In this document: positions 50,151-59,245 of the stretch, piece by piece
Position numbering within the stretch: the first letter of the stretch is position 1
Layout: every line of letters begins with the position of its first letter
Origin: Scyliorhinus canicula
Lineage: Eukaryota
Assembly: GCF_902713615.1 (NCBI RefSeq)
Contig: NC_052158.1
Span: 32,095,990-32,159,989 of the forward strand
Length of the DNA stretch: 64,000 nucleotides
Direction of reading: 5' to 3'
Program-made: the position numbers and the translations under genes
The notes under the pieces: generated by a model
Database searches by the model: none
What the model was told of the DNA's origin: nothing
The model's input: the letters and a program-made list of their open reading frames with translations, nothing else

Positions 50151-50950
50151 GGTGTCGCTCCTCTGGGTGTCACTCCTCTGGGTGTCGCTCCTCTGGGTGT
50201 CGCTCCTCCGGCTGTCACTCCTCCGGCTGTCACTCCTCTGGGTGTCACTCCTCCGGGTGTCGCCCCTCAAGCTGTTGCTCCTCCGGGAGTCCCTCCTCCG
50301 GCTGTCGCCCCTCCGGCTGTCGCCCCTCCGGCTGTCGCCCCTCCGGCTGTCGCTCCTCCGGCTGTCGCTCCTCCGGCTGTCACACCTCAGGGTGTCACTC
50401 CTCTGGGTCTCACTCCTCAGGGTGTCACTCCTCCGGCTGTCGCTCCTCCGGCTGTCACACCTCAGGGTGTCACTCCTCTGGGTGTCACTCCTCAGGGTGT
50501 CACTCCTCCGGCTGTCGCTCCTCCGGGTGTCGCTCCTCTGTCTGTCACTCCTCTGGGTGTCACTCCTCCGGGAGTCGCCCCTCAGGCTGTTGCTCCTCCG
50601 GGTGTCCCTCCTCCGGCGGTCGCCCCTCCGGCTGTCGCTCCTCCGGCTGTCGCTCCTCCGGCTGTCACTCCTCCGGGTGTCACACCTCAGGGTGTCACTC
50701 CTCTGGGTGTCACTCCTCTGGGTGTCACTCCTCAGGGTGTCGCTCCTCTGGGTGTCGCTACTCTGGGTGTCGCTCCTGTGGGTGCCGCTCCTCTGGGTGT
50801 CGCTCCTCCGGGTGTCGCTCCTCCGGGTGTCACTCCTCCGGCTGTCGCTCCTCCGGGTGTCGCTCCTCCGGGTGTCACTCCTCCGGCTGTCGCTCCTCCG
50901 GGTGTCACTCCTCCGGCTGTCGCTCCTCCGGGTGTCGCTCCTCCGGGTGT
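50151..50950 (+). repeat. 15-bp minisatellite, ~53 units (G[G/C]TGTC[A/G]CTCCTC[C/T/A]G)
   Basis: Exact 15-bp phase throughout; stop-free in three forward frames; 315-bp higher-order repeat (50256 and 50571). Confidence 0.95.
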
Positions 50951-51646
50951 CATGCTTCGGGGCATTGCCCAGCAGGTTCCTTCAAAATATGGAAACGGGC
51001 TGATGGTCAATTCTGTTCAGAGTGAAATTGGAGGGTTGATGGGAGAATGGATTTGGAGCTTGGAATCGACCTAAGGGGAAAAATCGTTCAGGGCTTTTAT
51101 TGCTTTATAATAGTTTTCATGTTGTCAAGAGCACACATTAGACTCTGACCATGATGCTATCTCGTCACTTGTATCATATGTGACACTCCCTGTCACCCTT
51201 TGCACCTATTTATATGTTGCCCCTCCCGACTCTTTATCTTTCTGAAACTGTCTTTGAGAAAAGTTCAGGAAGTTGTTGATTAAACCTGAACCATACAGGC
51301 TGGGTAATGTACCGAGGATCTCTCATTGTGCCTGCCAGCCTGTGAATTATTCAAACTAAAGTCACTGGTGTTTTCAAGACCAACGCATGCTCAGATAGCT
51401 GAGTATCAGTGGCTGAACAATCTTTCAGAGATTGAATTGCTCTGTTATAGTCCCAATATCTGAACCCATCAGGTCCCAGTGTCCACGTTGGGTGTGTATT
51501 TCCATGTCCGGAGGGGTAGAGTGGTTTCCGTGTTCATGGGATAGTGTCCACCGTGTGCTGGAGACTGGGAAGCCCTTTTAAAATGCCGTCTGATGTCTGG
51601 TGATCTATCATTGAGAAGGGGGAGGAACACGTCTGCAGCACCTTTA

Positions 51647-51852
51647 GGGGCAGCACGATGGCGCAGTGGTTAGTACCCTGCCTCACGATGCCCAGGATCC
51701 GGGATCGAAACCGGCCCCGGGTCACTGTCTGAGTGGAGGTTGCATATTCTCCCCATGTCTGCGTGGGTCTTACCCCCACAACACAAAGATGTGCAGGGTA
51801 GGTGGATAGCCCATGCTAAATTGCCCCTTAATTGGAATTTTTTTTTTAAAGA
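51647..51852 (+). mobile_element. SINE, short-tail form
   Basis: ggggcagcacgatggcgcagtggttag head; aaattgccccttaattgg tail. Confidence 0.75.
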
Positions 51853-52131
51853 TGGGAATTTAAAATTATATCTTTTAGCATGATGTGGGCATCCTTTGCA
51901 AGGCCAGCATCTTTAATGCATTGTTAATTGTCTTTGAGAAGGTGGTGGTGAGTTGCTTCTTGAACCGCTGCCGTCCATGTGATGTAGGGACAATCACAGT
52001 GCTGTTGGAGAGGTGTTAAACATGGAAGAGTATTGATCCATTAACTGAGGTCATCATTGGTTGCTGGTAATAATCAGCAGGAGATTCAATATCTTCTGTT
52101 TGACCTGATGCAGTGAGAATGCATGGAGCCC

Positions 52132-52479
52132 AGATAGATGCGGGCAGGTTATTTCCACTGGCGGGTGAAAGCGGAACTAGGGGGCATAGCCTCAAAATAA
52201 GGGGAAGTAGATTTAGGACTGATCTAAGGAGGAACTTCTTCACCCAAAGGGTTTTGAATCAATGGAATTCCCTGCCAGTGAAAGAGTTGAGGCTCCTACA
52301 TTAAATGTTTTCAAGATAAAGACAGATAGCTTTTTGAAGAATAAAGGGATTAAGGGTTATGGTGTTCGGGCAGGAAAGTGGGGCTTAGTCCACAAAAGAT
52401 CAGCCATGATCTCACTGAATGGTGGAGCAGGCTCGAGGGGCCAGATGGCCGACTCCTGCTCCTAGTTCTTATGTTCTTA
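52132..52479 (+). mobile_element. CR1 3' end fragment abutting the alpha1 acceptor
   Basis: Near-identical to the 3' 350 bp of the CR1 at ~5300-5649, including the ttcttatgttctta tail. Confidence 0.9.
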
Positions 52480-52494
52480 CTGTCTGTGTTTCAG

Positions 52495-52755
52495 ACTCTC
52501 ACTCCCTCCGGTATTTCCTCACTGGTGTATCTCCGATCGATGGTTTCCCAGAGTTTGTGGCTGCTGGTTATGTAGATGACGTCCAGTTTGTCATGTACGA
52601 GAGTGATCGTAAAGAATTGATCCCCCGAGAAAACTGGATGGTGGAGAGAGAGGGGGCCACATTTTGGGAGCGAAAGAAATTCCTTGTGCAGGAGCAAGAG
52701 TTGTATTTCAAAACCTATATTCCAAACCTCATGAAACGGATCAACCAGTCGGAAG
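52495..52755 (+). CDS. MHC class I exon 2 (alpha1 domain)
   Basis: tttcag acceptor; DSHSLRYFLTG...FVAAGYVDDVQFV...WMVEREG..FWE...RINQSEG; NQS sequon; gtgagt donor; 261 bp, phase 1/1. Confidence 0.95.
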
Positions 52756-52961
52756 GTGAGTCCTAACCTTCCCATAACTTGGTACTTTTCTGTCTGTTCA
52801 ATGGTGCCTGGTGGGGTTGGGGAGGAGCAGGAGTGGGATGTGATCTGGGACCCAGAGGCTTGTGGTTTGTGTGCGCGTGTATGTATGTGTGTACGTTTGT
52901 GCGTGTGTAGGGTCAATATTGGAACTAACACTGATTGACAGCTTGTGTTTGTCATTCCCAG

Positions 52962-53234
52962 GGGAGCACGTTTACCAGATGATGAATGGCTGTGAGCTGA
53001 GGGATGATGGAACAACGAGTGGATTCAACCAATACGGGTGGGATGGACGAGATTTCATCAGCTTCGACAAGAGTAACATGGTGTGGGTGACCCCGGTCCC
53101 CTGGGGAGAGAGCATCAAACGCAGCTGGGACAAGAACACAGTCGACAAACAGAGATGGAAACATTACCTGGAGGTGGAATGTATCGACTGGCTGAGGAAA
53201 TACCTGGAGTATGGACAGAGGGAACTGAGAGTCG
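52962..53234 (+). CDS. MHC class I exon 3 (alpha2 domain)
   Basis: ttcccag acceptor; GEHVYQMMNGCEL...QYGWDGRDFISFD...YLEVECIDWLRKYLEYG; two conserved Cys; 273 bp, phase 1/1. Confidence 0.95.
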
Positions 53235-56200
53235 GTGAGTGAGGGAGGGACTGAGAGTCGGTGAGTGAGGAGGGGAACTGAGAGTCGGTGACTGAGGGGG
53301 AACAGAGTCGGTGAGTGAGGGGGGGGACTGAGAGTCGGTGAGTGAGGGGGGACTGAGAGTCCGTGAGTGAGGGGGGGGGGACTGAGAGTCGGTGAGTGAG
53401 GGGGGGACTGAGAGTCGGTGAGTGAGGGGGGGGACTGAGAGTCGGTGAGTGGGGGGGGGGGGGCTGAGAGTCGGTGACTGAGGGGGAACAGAGTCGGTGA
53501 GTGAGGGGGGCCTGAGAGTCGGTGAGTGAGGGGGGGACTAATTCGGTGAGTGAGGGGAGGGGACTGAGGGTCAGTGAGTGAGGGGCAGACAGAGTCGGTG
53601 AGTGAGGGGGGACTGAGAGTCGGTAAGTGAGGGGGGGAGTGAGAGTCGGTGAGTGAGGGGGGTCTGAGAGTCGGTGAGTGAGGGGGAACAGAGTCGGTGA
53701 GTGAGGGGGGGACTGTGTCGGTGAGTGAGTGGGGGACTGAGAGTCAGTGAGTGAGGGGGGACTGATAGTCGGTGAGAGAGGGGGGGCACTGAAAGTCGGT
53801 GAGTGAGGGGGAACAGAGTCGGTGAGTGAGGGGGGGACTGAGAGTCGGTGAGTGAGGGGGGACTGAGAGTCGGTGAGTGAGGGGGGGACAGAGTCGGTGA
53901 GTGAGGGGGGACTAAGTCAGTGAGTGAGGGAGGGACTGAGTCGGTGAGTGAGGGGGGACTGAGATTCGGTGAGTGAGGGGGGGTCTGAGAATCGGTGAGT
54001 GAGGGGGAACAGAGTCGGTGAGTGGGGGGGGAGTGAGAGTCAGTGAGTGAGGGGGGACTGAGAGTCGGTGAGTGGGGGGGAGTGAGAGTCGGTGAGTGAG
54101 GGGGAACAGAGTCGGTGAGTGAGGGGGGGACTGAGTCTGAGTGAGGGAGGGACTGAGAGTCGGTGAGTGAGGGGGGACAGAGTCGGTGAGTGAGGGGGGG
54201 ACTGAGAGTCGGTGAGTGAGGGGGGGACTGAGAGTCGGTGAGTGAGGGGGGGGACTGTGAGTCGGTGAGTGAGGGAGGGACTGAGAGTCGGTGAGTGAGG
54301 GGGGGACTGAGAGTCGGTGAGTGAGGGGGGGGAATGAGAGTCGGTGAGTGAGGGGGGGACTGAGAGTCGGTGAGTGAGGGGGGGACAGAGAGTCGGTGAG
54401 TGAGGGGGGGACTGAGAGTCGGTGAGTGAGGGGGGACAGAGTCGGTGAGTGAGGGGGGGACTAAGTCAGTGAGTGAGGGAGGGACTGAGTCGGTGAGTGA
54501 GTGGGGACTGAGAGTCGGTGAGTGAGGGGGGGTCTGAGAGTCGGTGAGTGAGGGGGGGACTGAAAGTCGGTGAGTGGGGGGGGGGAGTGAGAGTCAGTGA
54601 GTGAGGGAGGACTGAGAGTCGGTGAGTGAGGGGGGGACTGAGAGTCGCTGTGAGGGGGGACTGAGAGTCGGTGAGTGAGGGGGGGACTGAGAGTCGGTGT
54701 GAGGGGGGGACTGAGAGTCGGTGAGTGAGGGGGGGACTGTGAGTCGGTGAGTGAGGGAGGGACTGAGAGTCGGTGAGTGAGGGGGGGGAATGAGAGTCGG
54801 TGAGTGAGGGGGGGACTGAGAGTCGGTGAGTGAGGGGGGACTGAGAGTCGGTGAGTGAGGCGAGGGTCTGAGAGTCGGTGAGTGAAGGGGGGACTGAGAG
54901 TCGGTGAGTGAGGGGGGGAACTGAGAGTCGGTGTGAGGGGGGGACTGAGAGTCGGTGAGTGAGGGGGGGACTGTGAGTCGGTGAGAGAGGGAGGGACTGA
55001 GAGTCGGTGAGTGAGGGGGGGAATGAGAGTCGGTGAGTGAGGGGCGGACTGAGAGTCGGTGAGTGAGGGGGGACTGAGAGTCGGTGAGTGAGGCGAGGGA
55101 CTGAGAGTCGGTGAGTGAGGGGGGGACTGAGAGTTGGTGAGTGAGGGGGGGACTGAGTCGCTGTGAGGGGGGACTGAGAGTCGGTGAGTGAGGGGGGGAC
55201 TGTGAGTCGGTGAGTGAGGGAGGGACTGAGAGTCGGTGAGTGAGGGGGGGGAATGAGAGTCGGTGAGTGAGGGGGGAACTGAGAGTCGGTGCGTGAGGGG
55301 GGGACTGAGAGTCGGTGAGTGAGGGGGGGGACTGAGAGTCGGTGATTGAGGCGAGGGACTGAGAGTCGGTGAGTGAGGGGGGGACTGAGAGTCGGTGAGT
55401 GAGGGAGGGACTGAGAGTCGGTGAGTGAGGGGGGGACTGAGAGTCGGTGAGTGAGGGGGGGACTGAGAGTTGGTGAGTGAGGGGGGGACTGAGAGTCGGT
55501 GTGAGGGGGGGACTGAGAGTCGGTGAGTGAGGGGGGGACTGTGAGTCGGTGAGTGAGGGAGGGACTGAGAGTCGGTGAGTGAGGGGGGGGAATGAGAGTC
55601 GGTGAGTGAGGGGGGAACTGAGAGTCGGTGAGTGAGGGGGGGACTGAGAGTCGGTGAGTGAGGGGGGGGACTGAGAGTCGGTGATTGAGGCGAGGGACTG
55701 AGAGTCGGTGAGTGAGGGGGGACTGAGAGTCGGTGAGTGAGGGAGGGACTGAGAGTCGGTGAGTGAGGGGGGGACTGAGAGCCGGTGAGTGAGGGAGCGA
55801 CTGAGAGTCGGTGAGTGAGGGGGGTACTGAGAGTCGGTGAGTGAGGGGGGGGAAAGAGAGTCGGTGAGTGAGAGGGGGACTGAGAGTCGGTGAGTGAGGG
55901 GGGGTCTGAGTCGGTGAGTGAGGGGGGGGCTAAGTCAGTGAGTGAGGGAGGGACTGAGTCGGTGAGTGAGGGGGGACTGAGAGTCGGTGAGTGAGGGGGG
56001 GGTCTGAGAGTCGGTGAGTGAGGGGGAACAGAGTCGGTGAGTGGGGGGGGGGAGTGAGAGTCAGTGAGTGAGGGGGGACTGAGAGTCGGTGAGTGGGGGG
56101 GGAGTGAGAGTCGGTGAGTGAGGGGGAACAGAGTCGGTGAGTGAGGGGGGGACTGAGTCTGAGTGAGGGGGGGGACTGAGAGTCGGTGTGTGAGAGGGGA

Positions 56201-58552
56201 CTGAGAGTCGGTGAGTGAGGGGGGGTCTGAGTCGGTGAGTGAGGGGGGGACTAAGTCAGTGAGTGAGGGAGGGACTGAGTCGGTGAGTGAGGGGGACTGA
56301 GAGTCGGTGAGTGAGGGGGGGACTGAGAGTCGGTGAGTGGGGGGGGGGAGTGAGAGTCAGTGAGTGAGGGGGGACTGAGAGTCGGTGAGTGAGGGGGGAC
56401 TGAGAGTCGCTGTGAGGGGGGGGACTGAGAGTCGGTGAGTGAGGGGGGGACTGAGAGTCGGTGTGAGGGGGGGACTGAGAGTCGGTGAGTGAGGGGGGGG
56501 ACTGTGAGTCGGTGAGAGAGGGAGGGACTGAGAGTCGGTGAGTGAGGGCGGGGAATGAGAGTCGGTGAGTGAGGGGCGGACTGAGAGTCGGTGAGTGAGG
56601 GCGGACTGAGAGTCGGTGAGTGAGGCGAGGGACTGAGAGTCGGTGAGTGAGGGGGGGACTGAGAGTCGGTGAGTGAGGGAGGGACTGAGAGTCGGTGAGT
56701 GAGGGGGGGACTGAGAGTCGGTGAGTGGGGGGGGAGTGAGAGTCAGTGAGTGAGGGGGGGACAGAGAGTCGGTGAGTGAGGGGGGGACTGAGAGTCGGTG
56801 AGTGAGGGGGGGGACTGAGAGTCGGTGAGTGAGGGGGGGACTGAGAGTCGGTGAGTGACGCGAGGGACTGAGATTCGGTGAGTGAGGGGGGGACTGAGGG
56901 TCGGTGAGTGAGGGAGGGACTGAGATCGGTGAGTGAGGGGGGGACTGAGAGTCGGTGACTGGGGGGGTGAGTTGAGAGTCAGTGAGTAAGGGGGGGGGAC
57001 TGAGAGTCGGTGAGTGAGGGGGGGGACTGAGAGTCGGTGAGTGAGGGGGGGGCTGAGAGTCGGTGAGTGAGGGGACAGAGTCGGTGAGTGAGGGGGGGGA
57101 CTGAGAGTCGGTGAGTGAGGGGGGGACTGAGAGTCCGTGAGTGAGGGGGGGACTGAGAGTCGGTTGAGTGGGGGGGGGAGTGAGAGTCAGTGANNNNNNN
57201 NNNNNNNNNNNNNNNNNNNNNNNNNNNNNNNNNNNNNNNNNNNNNNNNNNNNNNNNNNNNNNNNNNNNNNNNNNNNNNNNNNNNNNNNNNNNNAGTCGGT
57301 GAGTGGGGGGGAGTGAGAGGCAGGAGTAAGGGGGGGACTGAGAGTCGGTGAGTGAGGGGGGGACTGAGAGTCGCTGTGAGGGGGGGGACTGAGAGTCGGT
57401 GAGTGAGGGGGGGACTGAGAGTCGGTGTGAGGGGGGGACTGAGAGTCGGTGAGTGAGGGGGGGACTGTGAGTCGGTGAGTGAGGGGGAGTGACTGAGAGT
57501 CGGGTGAGTGAGGGGGGGTAATGAGAGTCGGTGAGTGAGGGGGGACTGAGAGTCGGTGAGTGAGGGGGGGAATGAGAGTCGGTGAGTGAGGGGGGGGACT
57601 GAGAGTTCGGTGATTGTGGCGAGGGACTGGGAGTCGGTGAGTGAGCGGGGGACTGAGAGTCGGTGAGTGAGGGAGGGACTGAGAGTCGGTGAGTGAGGGG
57701 GGACTGAGAGTCGGTGAGTGAGGGAGGGACTGAGAGTCGGTGAGTGAGGGGGGTACTGAGAGTCGGTGAGTGAGAGGGGGACTGAGAGTCGGTGAGTGAG
57801 GGGGGGTCTGAGTCGGTGAGTGAGGGGGGACTGAGAGTCAGTGAGTGAGGGGGGGACTGAGAGTCGGTGAGTGAGGAGTGGACTGAGTCGGTGAGTGAGG
57901 GAGGGACTGAGAGTCGGTGAGTGAGGGGGGGACTGAGTCAGTGAGTGATGGAGGGTCTCTGTCTGTGAGTGAGGAGGGTCTGAGAGTCGGTGAGTGGGGG
58001 GGGACTGAGAGTCGGTGAGTGAGGGGGGGGACTGAGAGTCGGTGAGTGAGGGGGTACTGAGAGTCGGTGAGTGAGGGGGGGACTGAGAGTCGGTCAGTGA
58101 GAGGGGGGACTGTGAGTCGGTGAGTGAGTGGGGGACTGAGAGTCGGTGAGTGAGGGGGGGACTGAGAGTCGGTGAGTGAGGGGGGACTGAGAGTCGGTGA
58201 GTGAGGGGACTTAGAGTCGGTGAGTGAGGGGGGACTGAGTCGGTGAGTGAGGGGGGGGACTGAGAGTCGGTGAGTGAGTGGGGACAGAGTTGGTGAGTGA
58301 GGGGGGGGTCTGAGAGTCGGTGAGTGAGGGGGGGGACTGAGAGTCGGTGAGTGAGGGGGGGACTGAGAGTCGGTGATCGAGGGGAGGACTGAGAGTCGGT
58401 GAGTGAGGGGGGGACTGAGAGTCGGTGAGTGAGGGAGGGACTGAGAGTCGGTGAGTGAGGGGTGGGACTGAGTCAGTGAGTGTTGGAGGGTCTCAGTCTG
58501 TGAGTGAGGAGGGTCTGAGTCGGTTAGTGAGGGAGGACTGAGAGTCGGTGAA
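53222..58552 (+). repeat. G-rich minisatellite, ~24-28 bp unit (gactgagagtcggtgagtgagggggg), roughly 200 copies, filling intron 3
   Basis: Continuous array from the last 13 nt of exon 3 to ~65 nt before the alpha3 acceptor; contains a 100-N gap, so length is a placeholder. Confidence 0.95.
57194..57293. other. Assembly gap (100 N) inside the minisatellite
   Basis: Run of n characters. Confidence 0.99.
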
Positions 58553-58618
58553 GGGGGTGATGTCTGTGGTTCTCTATCTCGATTTTCCTGTCCTGATTCC
58601 TCTTTCTTTCTCTCTCAG

Positions 58619-58882
58619 TTGCCCCCATCGTGTCCTTTACCCGTCTGGGTGATTCTAACCGGCTTTCCTGTGTCGTCACCGGATTTTACCCTCAAGCCAT
58701 CGAGGTGAATCTGTGCAGAGACGGAGTGGTAATTGATGAGACCCTGTCCAGTGGAATCTTACCCAATCACGACAGGACCTACCAGATCCGGAAATGGGTG
58801 GCGTTTGATCCGGAGGACAAGGCTGAGTATTCCTGTCAGGTGGAACACAGCGGACTGAATGAGACACTGGTGGTGATTTATG
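58619..58882 (+). CDS. MHC class I exon 4 (alpha3, Ig C1-set domain)
   Basis: Long pyrimidine tract plus ag; VAPIVSF...LSCVVTGFYPQAIEV...PNHDRTYQ...YSCQVEHSGL; gtaaga donor; 264 bp, phase 1/1. Confidence 0.95.
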
Positions 58883-59245
58883 GTAAGACCATTTCTCACT
58901 GTTAGAAGGACACAGCCTCAGATTAGGGTCACAGGAGGGAGGGTCAGTGTTGAGCTGGCAACCCAGGATGGGCTGAAGCCCACAGAACAGAGAACAAAAA
59001 AATCATAAATTTCAATGTGTCAGAGTCTTCACCCCACTTACTGAGTGAGCCTATCCTGGGATGTTACAGTAATACATGGCTCAGTAAATCATATGGTCAT
59101 CTGAATTAGAGCAGCAGTTGGCAATTTCTCCCCTCGATCCTGCTCCACCCTTCACTAAGATCATGGATGACATGATTGCGACCTCAACTCCACATAACCA
59201 CCTCCCCTTTCCAACCATTGAGTCCATTTTTTATCAAGTCTATTT

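Noticed and set aside
40440-58552. Regular repeats as a CRISPR-like array
   Set aside because: Units are head-to-tail with no unique spacers, there are no cas genes and the context is eukaryotic
58906-59245. Search for the class I transmembrane exon
   Set aside because: No hydrophobic exon with a valid acceptor; region includes a CR1 tail remnant, so the TM exon is presumably beyond the window
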